34,421 bases of DNA from an uncultured Coriobacteriaceae bacterium (GTDB lineage: Bacteria; Actinomycetota; Coriobacteriia; Coriobacteriales; QAMH01). Both the position numbers and the translations under genes were made by a program. The stretch lies in NCBI GenBank assembly GCA_902783925.1, contig CACZSV010000150.1:1-34421 (forward strand). The letters run 5' to 3'. How positions within the stretch are numbered: position 1 is the stretch's first letter; each line of letters opens with the position of its first letter. The notes under the pieces are model-generated. The model saw only the letters and a program-made list of their open reading frames with translations, searched no databases and had not been told where the DNA came from. Below, in pieces: positions 26,266 through 34,421 of this stretch.

Positions 26266-26631
26266 ATGGAACAAAGCTACGATGTCTCTCTTGACACGCC
26301 AAAACATCATTATCGTGGTGTCATAACCATCAACTACAAAGGCGGCAAAGCGTCAGCCACAATTGATATCAATGGCCTGGGGTGCTTCGAGGCGCAAGGC
26401 AGTTACGAGGATAAGGATTTCGAGTTTTCTGGAGTTGCAGAACCGAACGATTCCGAACGCGTCGAGTTCGACGCCAGAGGTCAGCTCTGGGGAAACAGCC
26501 TCGACTTCAAAGCGCAATCCAATATCGGAGAAATCGTCGTATTCGGCACAGTCGAAGACAAGGCCAGCAAGGACTCGAAGGTTATCGACGAATGGCAAGG
26601 CGGAAACGAGATTATCGACTTTCTACTCTAG
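26266..26631 (+). CDS. hypothetical 121-aa protein (beta-rich, acidic, no signal peptide)
   Basis: The ATG at 26266 is preceded by GAAAGG at 7 nt. I recognise no family motif. Coding is supported only by ORF length, the SD and non-shadow context. Confidence 0.5.
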   Translation: MEQSYDVSLDTPKHHYRGVITINYKGGKASATIDINGLGCFEAQGSYEDKDFEFSGVAEPNDSERVEFDARGQLWGNSLDFKAQSNIGEIVVFGTVEDKASKDSKVIDEWQGGNEIIDFLL

Positions 26632-26650
26632 CTGCCTGAAACTAAGTTTT

Positions 26651-26692
26651 AACTGCAGCCTCACCGTTTGCGAACTATACTTAGCTGCAGTT
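26651..26692 (+). promoter_or_regulatory. perfect 9-bp inverted repeat bracketing a TATACT hexamer: candidate operator/promoter of the XRE gene (or a terminator of the upstream gene)
   Basis: AACTGCAGC (26651-26659) and GCTGCAGTT (26684-26692) are exact reverse complements 24 nt apart. TATACT lies at 26676-26681, 41 nt upstream of the ATG at 26722. The right arm is followed by TTTT. Confidence 0.4.
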
Positions 26693-26721
26693 TTCCCGAT
26701 ACAAAGAGAAAGGCGCTTCAC

Positions 26722-27273
26722 ATGGAGCCGGATTTCAAAGAACTTGGCGAGCGCATTCAGGGCCTGCGAGAGGCGTGCGACGTCTCGCGTCATTCCATGG
26801 CGCAAGAATTAGGTGTCGATATAGATACATACGCCAGCTGGGAAGAGACGGGCGCCAATGTACCTATCTCCGCCATTTATCATATGGCGCAGAAGTTCGG
26901 GGTCGAATTCACCGAGATTCTAACCGGCGGTGAAACACGTCTCGACACCATCCAGGTGGTTAAAGATGGAGCCGGCGTAGAAGTCAATCGCTTGCCTGGC
27001 TATCATTTCGAGGACCTCGCGTGGCGCTTTCAGAACAAGGTCATGCAACCGCTTATGGTCACACTCGACCCGAGCGATGAACCTGCGGAACTCGTCTCGC
27101 ACGCGGGGCAAGAATTCAATTATGTCGTTCAGGGATCGCTCATTCTCACCTATGACGGACGTGAGTACATCCTTGACGAGGGGGATTCGGCTTACTTTGA
27201 TCCATCTCGCAACCATGGCCAGCGTTGCTATGGAGACACGCCGACAAAATTCATAACACTCATTACCGAATAA
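26722..27273 (+). CDS. XRE-family HTH transcriptional regulator with C-terminal cupin domain
   Basis: N-terminal HTH (LGERIQGLREACDVSRHSMAQELGVDIDTYASWE). C-terminal cupin (HAGQEFNYVVQGSLILTYDGREYILDEGDSAYFDPSRNH). ATG at 26722 after GAGAAAGG. Confidence 0.85.
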   Translation: MEPDFKELGERIQGLREACDVSRHSMAQELGVDIDTYASWEETGANVPISAIYHMAQKFGVEFTEILTGGETRLDTIQVVKDGAGVEVNRLPGYHFEDLAWRFQNKVMQPLMVTLDPSDEPAELVSHAGQEFNYVVQGSLILTYDGREYILDEGDSAYFDPSRNHGQRCYGDTPTKFITLITE

Positions 27274-27300
27274 ACACAGCTGTCTGTGAGGAAACAAATC

Positions 27301-28974
27301 GTGGATTACATTCTCAAGAAATACTGCCCGCGTATCGAATTCGAATCGTATGAAGATTACTTCGAGAACTTTCGCATTGAGATTCCCGAAAACTTCAATT
27401 TTGCCTACGACGTGGTCGACGAATGGGCGCGTGTCGAGCCAGAAAAGAAAGCGCTCGTTTGGCTGAACGATACAGGCGAGCAACACGAGTTCACGTTTAC
27501 CGACATCTCACGCCTCTCGAACAAGGCGGCAAACGCATTCAGCAAAATGGGAATTGCAAAGGGCGATGTTGTCCTCATGATCTTGCGCCGTCGCTGGGAA
27601 TACTGGGTGTGCGCTGCAGCTCTATGCAAGATTGGAGCAACGATTATTCCCGCCACCATCCAGCTGACGAGCAAGGACATTGCCTATCGTGCGAATCAGG
27701 CAAACGTCAAAGCCATGATTTGCGTAGATGACGAATACGTTTGCACGCAAGCCGAGGCCGCGCTCGAAGGAGCGCCGACGGTCGAGCAGCGCATCGTTGT
27801 AGCGGGAGAACGCGAAGGATGGACGTCTTTCGACAAGCTCATTGAAAACGAAAGCGAAACCTGGCAGCGCCCCACGGGAGACGCCGCTACGAAAATCGAT
27901 GACATCATGCTCATCTACTTCACGAGCGGCACAACAGGCAATGCAAAGGCGGTCGAGCACAGCTTCAAGCATCCTTTGGGCCATATCATCACCGCAAAAT
28001 ACTGGCAGCAGGTTCGCGAAAATGGCTTGCACATGAGCGTAACCGATAGCGGCTGGGCAAAATTTGGCTGGGGAAAGATTTACGGCCAGTGGATTTGCGG
28101 AGCGACTGTCTTTTGTTACGACATGGACAAGTTCGTGCCCGCCAAGCTGCTGCAGGTTATGCAGGACTACGAACTTGCGACGTTTTGCGCACCGCCCACA
28201 ATGTATCGCTTTATGTTGCAAGAAGACGTTTCATCATATGACCTCTCATCCATACAGAACTTTGCCACTGCTGGCGAACCTCTCAATGCGGAGGTTACGA
28301 TTCGCTGGGAGGAATTCACCGGCAAGAAAATACGCGAAGGCTTTGGGCAGTCCGAAGGACCAGTGCTTTTGGCGACCTTCCCCTGGATCGAGCCACGCCC
28401 CGGTTCCATGGGCAAACCAAGCCCGCTGCTCAACATCAAGCTTCTCGACGACAACGGCCACGAAGTTCCCGACGGCGAAGAAGGTGCAATATGCATCACG
28501 CACTTGAAGGACGCATACCCGCCGGGACTGTTCGTAGGCTACTACGGCGATGAAGAGCGCACGAGAGAGGCTGTCGGTGGCGAGTATTACAACTTGCACG
28601 ATATGGCATGGCGCGATCCCAGCGGTTACTGCTATTTCGTTGGAAGAAATGACGATGTGATCAAATGTTCAGGTTATCGTATTGGCCCCTTCGAGGTGGA
28701 GAGCGCACTGGTGGCACACCCCGCCGTCATCGAATGTGCGGTTACCGCTGCCCCCGACCCAATCCGTGGCAAAGTCGTGAAGGCGACTATCGTTCTTGCG
28801 CGCGGATACGAGGGAACACCTGAACTCACCAAAGAGCTGCAGAATCACGTCAAGCATACGACGGCGCCGTATAAATACCCGCGCATCGTCGAATATGTCG
28901 ACGAGCTCCCCAAAACGGTTGGTGGCAAAATCAAGCGCAAAATGATCCGTCAGGCAGATGGAGTTGTAGATTAG
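27301..28974 (+). CDS. AMP-forming acyl-CoA synthetase (medium-chain/ACSM-like adenylating enzyme)
   Basis: AMP-binding motifs IYFTSGTTGNAKAV, GEPLN, GQSEG, YNLHDMAWRDPSGYCYFVGRNDDVIKCSGYRIGPFEVE and LPKTVGGKIKR. GTG at 27301 after GAGGAAA; the track start is the GTG at 27286. Confidence 0.9.
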   Translation: MDYILKKYCPRIEFESYEDYFENFRIEIPENFNFAYDVVDEWARVEPEKKALVWLNDTGEQHEFTFTDISRLSNKAANAFSKMGIAKGDVVLMILRRRWEYWVCAAALCKIGATIIPATIQLTSKDIAYRANQANVKAMICVDDEYVCTQAEAALEGAPTVEQRIVVAGEREGWTSFDKLIENESETWQRPTGDAATKIDDIMLIYFTSGTTGNAKAVEHSFKHPLGHIITAKYWQQVRENGLHMSVTDSGWAKFGWGKIYGQWICGATVFCYDMDKFVPAKLLQVMQDYELATFCAPPTMYRFMLQEDVSSYDLSSIQNFATAGEPLNAEVTIRWEEFTGKKIREGFGQSEGPVLLATFPWIEPRPGSMGKPSPLLNIKLLDDNGHEVPDGEEGAICITHLKDAYPPGLFVGYYGDEERTREAVGGEYYNLHDMAWRDPSGYCYFVGRNDDVIKCSGYRIGPFEVESALVAHPAVIECAVTAAPDPIRGKVVKATIVLARGYEGTPELTKELQNHVKHTTAPYKYPRIVEYVDELPKTVGGKIKRKMIRQADGVVD

Positions 28975-29444
28975 CCGCGAGGAATCGCAATCTTGCCGCT
29001 TCGGATGATCTCCTTGATGCCATAGGCATCGAGGAGATTTTCCATCGCCTCGAGTTTATCCGTCGTCCCCGTCGCTTCGACCGTGAGCGTATTTGCGGCT
29101 ACGTCGACGATGCGCGCGCGGAAAATCGAGGCGAGCTCGATAATCTCGCCACGTTGCGCGGCTTCCGCGCTCACCTTGAAAAGCACGAGCTCGCGATCGA
29201 TGTGGTCCGCATCGGTTAAATCGCTAACCTTGTAGACGTTGATGAGCTTGTTGAGCTGTTTGGTCACCTGCTCGACGATTATTTCATCGGCGTCGACAAC
29301 CATGGTTACATGGCTGCGCGTCGTATCTTCGGTATCACTCACGGCGAGCGATTCGATGTTGAAGCCACGGCGAGAAACGAGACCTGCGATACGGGCGAGC
29401 ACGCCCGGCTTGTTATCGACCCAGATCGAAAGAATGCGCGACAT
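28971..29444 (-). CDS. ilvN: acetolactate synthase small (regulatory) subunit
   Basis: ILSIWVDNKPGVLARIAGLVSRRGFNIESLAV is an ACT domain, followed by the C-terminal ALS_ss_C-like half. Lies 3 nt downstream of ilvB. Confidence 0.9.
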   Translation of the reverse strand: MSRILSIWVDNKPGVLARIAGLVSRRGFNIESLAVSDTEDTTRSHVTMVVDADEIIVEQVTKQLNKLINVYKVSDLTDADHIDRELVLFKVSAEAAQRGEIIELASIFRARIVDVAANTLTVEATGTTDKLEAMENLLDAYGIKEIIRSGKIAIPRG

Positions 29445-29447
29445 CTT

Positions 29448-31157
29448 CTACTCACCCTCTTTTGCGCCGACGTTCGTGATTCCGATAGCATCATCTACGG
29501 TCTTGCCCTCTGGAATCATGGGAAAGACATCCTCGCTGACGGGAATCTTGATCCAAAGCAGCGACGGCCCTTCCTCGTCAAGCCAAGCATGCATCATGCT
29601 TTCAAGCTCTTGTGGGTTTTCCAACTCAAATGCACTCCAGCCAAACGCACGGGCGAGCATGGCGAAGTCCGGATTGCCAAAGAAGTCCGTTTCGCTATAG
29701 CGGCCCTCGAGGAAGAGTTCTTGCATCTGATGCACCATGCCGAGACAGTTATTGTCGAGCAAAAGTACCTTGACAGGCAGCTTATTTCCATGGATCGTCG
29801 CCATTTCCTGAATATTCATCTGCAACGATCCGTCACCTGTAATACATACAACGCGACTTTTTGGAAAGGCAATCTGCGCACCCATAGCTGCGGGAAGGCC
29901 AAAGCCCATCGTCCCCGCTCCCCCACTCGAAAGAAAGGTGCGCGGACGATCGGTGTGCAGGTACTGACTCGCCCACATCTGATGTTGCCCCACATCGGTG
30001 GTGATTATCGTATCGCGATCATTTGTCATCGCATCGAGGAGCTCAAGCACGCGCTGGGGCTGCACATGATCCTCGCATGGTTCGTATGCAAACGGATGCT
30101 CACGCACCCATGTGAGAACTTGCGTGAGCCAAGCCTCTGTAGCAGGTTTGACGTCTTCTTTTTTCAGCTCTCCGACAATTGCGGCGAGAACCGTTTTTGC
30201 ATCGCCCACGATGGGAATATCAGCCTTGCGATTCTTTCCAATCTCCGCCGGGTCGATATCGATGTGCGCAACGCGGGCATGTGGCGCAAAGGCTCCCGGC
30301 CTACCCGTTGATCGATCTGAAAAACGGGTGCCGATAGCAAAGACAAAATCTGCATCGCGAAGCGCAAAGTTTGCAGCTGTCGAGCCATGCATGCCGAGCA
30401 TGCCAAGGTTAAGTTCGCTATCTTCTGGATAACATCCCTTGCCTTCAAGCGTGGTGGCAACGGGAATGCGCAGCATCTCCGAAAGCTGCGCGAGTTCCTT
30501 GCTCGCCCCCGAAGAGATGATGCCGCCGCCAGCATATATAACCGGCCGCTTAGCAGTTCTTAGAGCACGCGCCACCTGCTTGACCTGCCGCGCGTTTCCC
30601 TTGTAGGTCGGTTTATAGGATTGCAGCTTCACTTCGTCTGGATACTTGTACACGACGCCGCTTTTCCTCGCCAGGTCGCTCGGCACGTCGATGACCACCG
30701 GCCCGGGACGTCCAGTCGATGCGATATGGAACGCCTGAGCGACGGTTGATGCAAGTTCGCTTGCGTCTTTGACAAGGTAACTGTGCTTGACGATGGGCAG
30801 CGTAACGCCTGTCATGTCAGATTCCTGAAATGCATCGCTACCAAGAACGACAGTGGGGACCTGACCCGTAATAATGACAACGGGAATCGAATCCATGCAG
30901 GCAGTGGCTATGCCTGTAACCGTATTAGTTGCACCAGGCCCGCTGGTCACAAGCACGCAGCCGACTTTGCCCGTCGCACGCGCGTAACCATCTGCCGCAT
31001 GCACGGCAGCCTGCTCGTGGCGAACGAGTACATGCGTGAGCTTCTCGCTGTCGTAGAGTGCATCGTAGAGCGCAAGAGCATGCCCGCCGGGGTAGCCAAA
31101 AATCGTCTCCACACCAGCGTCTTCAAGCGCCGTGATCAGGCATTGCGCGCCGGTCAT
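29448..31157 (-). CDS. ilvB: acetolactate synthase large (catalytic) subunit
   Basis: MTGAQCLITALEDAGVETIFGYPGG, and the TPP motif GDGSLQMNIQEMAT..GNKLPVKVLLLDN. ATG at 31157; the GTG at 31181 (after AAAGGTGG) is an alternative. Confidence 0.9.
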   Translation of the reverse strand: MTGAQCLITALEDAGVETIFGYPGGHALALYDALYDSEKLTHVLVRHEQAAVHAADGYARATGKVGCVLVTSGPGATNTVTGIATACMDSIPVVIITGQVPTVVLGSDAFQESDMTGVTLPIVKHSYLVKDASELASTVAQAFHIASTGRPGPVVIDVPSDLARKSGVVYKYPDEVKLQSYKPTYKGNARQVKQVARALRTAKRPVIYAGGGIISSGASKELAQLSEMLRIPVATTLEGKGCYPEDSELNLGMLGMHGSTAANFALRDADFVFAIGTRFSDRSTGRPGAFAPHARVAHIDIDPAEIGKNRKADIPIVGDAKTVLAAIVGELKKEDVKPATEAWLTQVLTWVREHPFAYEPCEDHVQPQRVLELLDAMTNDRDTIITTDVGQHQMWASQYLHTDRPRTFLSSGGAGTMGFGLPAAMGAQIAFPKSRVVCITGDGSLQMNIQEMATIHGNKLPVKVLLLDNNCLGMVHQMQELFLEGRYSETDFFGNPDFAMLARAFGWSAFELENPQELESMMHAWLDEEGPSLLWIKIPVSEDVFPMIPEGKTVDDAIGITNVGAKEGE

Positions 31158-31361
31158 CTTCTTACCGTTGTGTTCGCTCACTGTGCTGCCACCTTTTGCT
31201 TCGTCTGCATATACGCCGGTAAGTTTACACCACATAAGACCAGTCCGCGCGCAAACGCAAAAGCCGCGCCGTTAGCCCTTCCAACGTCCGTCGCGTGCAG
31301 ACATCCCTTCATTTTTTTGCGAATGGGTCGGCGTGGCATGCGACTCATTCTGCCAACGAAT

Positions 31362-32231
31362 TTAAACTGCCAGCTCGTTTACGATGAGGGCGACGCCGAC
31401 AACGGCAAGAATTACAGCAAACAACAGACGAAGCACGTGTTCTGAAATATGGGGTACAAGACGAGCTCCGATTATTGCGCCAGGAATTGCGCCAACGCAA
31501 AGCGCTATACCAACATAATAATCCACATGCCCGAGTATCGTCTGCCCGATGACGCCGGGAATCGCGAGGATGATAATCGCGATAAGCGAGGTTCCCGAAG
31601 CCTTCTTCATGGGAACGCCAAGCCATGCCGTCATCAGCGGCACCATGATAAATCCACCGCCCAGGCCAACGTAACCGGAAAAGAGGCCCGTGAGAAGCCC
31701 AATGCCCAGCCCTCCGAGCAGAGTATTTCGCGCGAGATTAAAGTCATCTTCTGCAGGAGATGCGGCATGGCAGGCGCTCGCCTGCACAGAATGGGAATTA
31801 CTCGCCTCCGCGGCTTGCTGAGCACCGCTCTTTGAAGAATCGCCATTCCTCGTTGAGGTCTTGAGCGCTTTGCGGAGCATGGAATATGCCGAATACACCA
31901 TGACGAGTGCTGTTACGAGCATGATCGCCCATGCTGGAGAAATCGATGCAAGGTATACGCCAAGAGAGGAGGTAACGGCACCCCCTATGCCAAGCACGAT
32001 TCCCAACTTTGGAACACTTGTTGCATTGCGAATGTGCTGAACTGCTCCGGAAAGCGACGTGGGGATGATCGCGAAGAGCGATGTTGCTGTAGCCATGTAG
32101 GCGTCGAGCCCTATGACCAGACGCAAAAGAGGCACCATGACGATACCTCCGCCTATGCCGAGCAGTCCAGAAAGCACGCCCACGCACACACCCGCAAGCG
32201 CAAGGAGGATGATTGTCACGACCAGTTCCAT
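31362..32231 (-). CDS. TSUP (TauE/SafE) family anion exporter/permease
   Basis: Two repeated 4-TM halves with LLGIGGGIVMVPLL and GLGGGFIMVPLM motifs. They are separated by a roughly 45-aa Ser/Ala-rich hydrophilic loop. Confidence 0.85.
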   Translation of the reverse strand: MELVVTIILLALAGVCVGVLSGLLGIGGGIVMVPLLRLVIGLDAYMATATSLFAIIPTSLSGAVQHIRNATSVPKLGIVLGIGGAVTSSLGVYLASISPAWAIMLVTALVMVYSAYSMLRKALKTSTRNGDSSKSGAQQAAEASNSHSVQASACHAASPAEDDFNLARNTLLGGLGIGLLTGLFSGYVGLGGGFIMVPLMTAWLGVPMKKASGTSLIAIIILAIPGVIGQTILGHVDYYVGIALCVGAIPGAIIGARLVPHISEHVLRLLFAVILAVVGVALIVNELAV

Positions 32232-32272
32232 GGCTCACCATGATAGCTGATTACGTATTGGGCGCAGAAAAG

Positions 32273-33352
32273 CTAGATCTGCGCCATCTGGGCAGCGCAG
32301 TTCGCGTACCACTCCTCAGATGTTGGCGGGCAGTACGTCGCAGCTGCCTCATGGGTCAGGTACCCTCCGTACATGGAGCTACCCAATGCGCCAACCACGG
32401 TATTAATGCCCTCTTCCCAGGAAGAAAAGCCCTTCGATCCATAGCCCCATGCGTTGTGAGAGCGGAAACATGCGGCGCCAAGACTGCTCTCAACATAGGA
32501 AATTGCGGGAGCCCAGCGAGGGTCAACACCATTGTCCCATGCTGCGGCGGCATAGTATTTGCCGGTGCCCTCTGTGGGCGAACCAGACAGGTACGCGTCG
32601 ATACGCGGTGCCCACTCGTTGACAAAAGCCTGCTTGTCGGAATCCCAACCAACGTTGTTCGTGCTCGTTGTGGAAGCGCTTTCCTCTTGCGCAGCTATTA
32701 TCGCTGCCTTTTCCTCTTCGGGAAGGTTGGAGGCGGCCAGCGCCGTCTCGACGCCCTTTTGCTCTGCAGCCTGTGCAGCAGCGGCACGGGCCGCGGCAGC
32801 CTCGCGAGCTGCCTGGGCTTCTTGCAGAGAGCTATACGCCTCTGCCGCTGCCGCATCCGCTTGCACCTTATCGTCACTGATCTGCTCGCGGGAATCGCGA
32901 AGCTCCTTTTGCATCTGAGCAGTCTGCTGAATTTGCTGCGTGTTGTACTCGAGCACCCATGTGTATTGGTCGAGTGTCGCAAGCATATCCGTAATGCTCC
33001 TGGACTCAAGCAACATCAACACCACGCTCGATGAATCATATTCGTATTTGTAGAGAGCGCGTGCGCATTCGTCTGAACGCTGCTGTTGCGCAGGCAAAAG
33101 CTGCTCAAGCTCGGCGATTTTTCCATCGAGCTCGACGATTTTCGCTTCGAGCTCTTCTTGTCTGGCAAGCGCAGCGTTGTATGCATCGGCACTCGCTTTC
33201 ACCTGCGACTCAAGAGAGTCTGTCTCTTCGTCGGCATACGAACTTGCGGCCGTGAATCCGCACGTCATTGCAAACGCGAGACTGATGGCGAGTATGTAAG
33301 CAACGCTCTTGTCTAGGGTCTTCTGCAGCAATGCATTACCTCGTTTGAACAT
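32273..33352 (-). CDS. secreted coiled-coil protein with C-terminal putative lysozyme-like (GH73/SLT-like) wall hydrolase domain
   Basis: Signal/anchor sequence (VAYILAISLAFAMTCGFTAASSYA). About 200 aa of heptad-like, Ala/Gln/Glu-rich coiled coil. The C-terminal part has AISYVESSLGAACFRSHNAWGYG, reminiscent of ESGWG...NN.FG(I/Y); the domain call is tentative. Confidence 0.7.
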   Translation of the reverse strand: MFKRGNALLQKTLDKSVAYILAISLAFAMTCGFTAASSYADEETDSLESQVKASADAYNAALARQEELEAKIVELDGKIAELEQLLPAQQQRSDECARALYKYEYDSSSVVLMLLESRSITDMLATLDQYTWVLEYNTQQIQQTAQMQKELRDSREQISDDKVQADAAAAEAYSSLQEAQAAREAAAARAAAAQAAEQKGVETALAASNLPEEEKAAIIAAQEESASTTSTNNVGWDSDKQAFVNEWAPRIDAYLSGSPTEGTGKYYAAAAWDNGVDPRWAPAISYVESSLGAACFRSHNAWGYGSKGFSSWEEGINTVVGALGSSMYGGYLTHEAAATYCPPTSEEWYANCAAQMAQI

Positions 33353-33537
33353 TGTTTTCTTGCTGTGGGGCGTTTACTTTAGCGCAAGAGAGCGCAGTGC
33401 GAGTTTTCGCACACATTCACTCCACATCACGTTCACAAGGTACATATTTGTATGATGATTCTGTCGAGGAACGAGCGCTGAATTTCGCGGATGCGTTGGA
33501 ATGACGTGCCAACTCAGCGAACCGCCAACGCGCACGC

Positions 33538-33563
33538 AAAAGGGGCGAGTCGAAGCTCGCCCC
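33538..33563 (-). terminator. rho-independent terminator of serC
   Basis: On the minus strand, GGGGCGAG-cttcga-CTCGCCCC is a perfect 8-bp GC-rich stem followed by TTTT. It starts about 54 nt after the serC stop. Confidence 0.6.
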
Positions 33564-33616
33564 TCTTGCAACTCTGTACTACTTCCTCAGCTCGAGAGCT
33601 CAGACAAAATGCTGCC

Positions 33617-34421
33617 CTACTTATTTTGCGCCTCGAATTCGCCCATGAACTTCACAAGAGCCTGTACGCCTTCGATTGGCATGGCGTTATAGATGCTTGC
33701 ACGCATACCACCAACGCTGCGATGACCCTTGATGTTGGCAAGGCCGGCCTGCGTTGCAGCCGCGACGAATTTCTTGTCCATTTCGTCATCGCCAGTCACG
33801 AAGGGCACGTTCATAATCGAGCGCGCTTCTGGCGCGACCGTGCCCTTGAAGAGCTCGCTGGAATCGAGGAAGTCGTAGAGCAGCTTGGCCTTGGCCTCGT
33901 TGCGTTCTTTCATGACCTCAAGACCACCAAGGGACTTAATCCACTTGAACACGAGCCCGCAAATGTAGATTCCATAGCACGGCGGCGTGTTGTACAGGCT
34001 GCCTTTGTCCGCCTGCGTCTTGAAGCGCAGCATGGTGGGAACGCCTGGCAGGTCTTCTGGAATGAGGTCTTCACGGATGATGACAATCTGCACACCAGAA
34101 GGACCGACATTCTTCTGCACGCCTGCATGGATGAGACCGTATTGTGTTACATCGACCGGTTCGGATAAGAACATGGAGCTCTGGTCGGCAACAAGCACAT
34201 GGCCCTTGGTGTCCGGAAGCGGCCGGATTCTGTTGCCGTGCACCGTCTCGTTTTCGCAAATGTACACATAACTGGCATCATCGCGAACATCGAGATCGGA
34301 AAGGTCGGGGATCTTCGAGAAATTGTCATCTGCACCGCTCGCGAGCAGCTTGGCGTCGCCAAGAATCTGTGCTTCTTGGAATGCTTTCTTAGACCACTGG
34401 CCAGTTACGATGTAATCGGCC
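33617..34421 (-). CDS. serC: phosphoserine aminotransferase, 5'-truncated by the window edge
   Basis: The frame stays open from 34267 to the window end (...DYIVTGQWSKKAFQEAQILGDAKLL...SYVYICENETVHG). Downstream it reads HAGVQKNVGPSG...GSLYNTPP...GHRSVGGMRASIYNAMP, which is SerC. The M at 34267 in the track is an internal GTG. Confidence 0.9.
   Translation of the reverse strand, partial: ADYIVTGQWSKKAFQEAQILGDAKLLASGADDNFSKIPDLSDLDVRDDASYVYICENETVHGNRIRPLPDTKGHVLVADQSSMFLSEPVDVTQYGLIHAGVQKNVGPSGVQIVIIREDLIPEDLPGVPTMLRFKTQADKGSLYNTPPCYGIYICGLVFKWIKSLGGLEVMKERNEAKAKLLYDFLDSSELFKGTVAPEARSIMNVPFVTGDDEMDKKFVAAATQAGLANIKGHRSVGGMRASIYNAMPIEGVQALVKFMGEFEAQNK

Noticed and set aside
31178-31312. 44-codon uORF upstream of ilvB, considered as a branched-chain amino acid attenuator.
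   Set aside because: It has no consecutive Ile/Val/Leu codon run (only a scattered GLVLCGVNL), no SD and no downstream intrinsic terminator. The GC-rich segments nearby are not complementary.
1-34421. Window-wide scan for CRISPR arrays, tRNA/rRNA genes, IS elements, integrases, reverse transcriptases and long tandem repeats.
   Set aside because: None were seen. The only repeats are short: a 10-nt direct repeat, 9-14-nt inverted repeats and an 11-12-nt duplication encoding KAG repeats at about 7660-7690. No ORF has transposase or integrase motifs.

Overview
All family calls below come from reading motifs by eye; no BLAST, HMM or RNA-folding search was run.

This is a chromosomal, mostly housekeeping segment from a moderately GC-rich Gram-positive genome (by eye). 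The gene content and the many long antisense shadow ORFs suggest an anaerobic actinobacterium, possibly Coriobacteriia; that is a guess. I support 31 CDS, 24 of them on the minus strand.

**Gene content**
- Two purine-biosynthesis blocks: (purH?)-purN-purM at the left edge, and purA-purD-nudix-purE at 13.2-16.8 kb.
- The roughly 11 kb between them carries:
  - a GT2-like glycosyltransferase with a LytS-type kinase and a LytTR regulator;
  - RNase R with PRC-barrel and YtxH proteins;
  - a flavodiiron-rubredoxin fusion;
  - an RlpA-like protein coupled to a small protein resembling the cyanophycin synthetase N-domain;
  - a membrane HD-GYP protein.
- The right half holds hemH, a ManC-like protein with degenerate motifs, dnaB, leuA, serA, ilvB-ilvN, a TSUP permease, a coiled-coil secreted putative wall hydrolase, and a 5'-truncated serC.
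- A small accessory stretch at 24.8-29.0 kb interrupts this. It holds a DUF559-like protein, an orphan 121-aa protein, an XRE-cupin regulator and an acyl-CoA synthetase.

**Not found**
- I saw no rRNA, tRNA, CRISPR array, transposase, integrase, reverse transcriptase or recognisable defence-system core gene.
- I did not find a convincing self-contained novel system.

**Best leads**
- the ManC-like candidate pseudoenzyme;
- the RlpA-like / CphA-N-like coupled pair;
- the GT2-LytS-LytTR unit;
- the structured 283-nt leuA leader;
- a dispersed repeat motif shared between two intergenic regions.

**Method note.** The ORF track uses ATG/GTG/TTG starts and includes the stop codon. I trimmed several starts to internal start codons with better Shine-Dalgarno (SD) context or family-typical N-termini.
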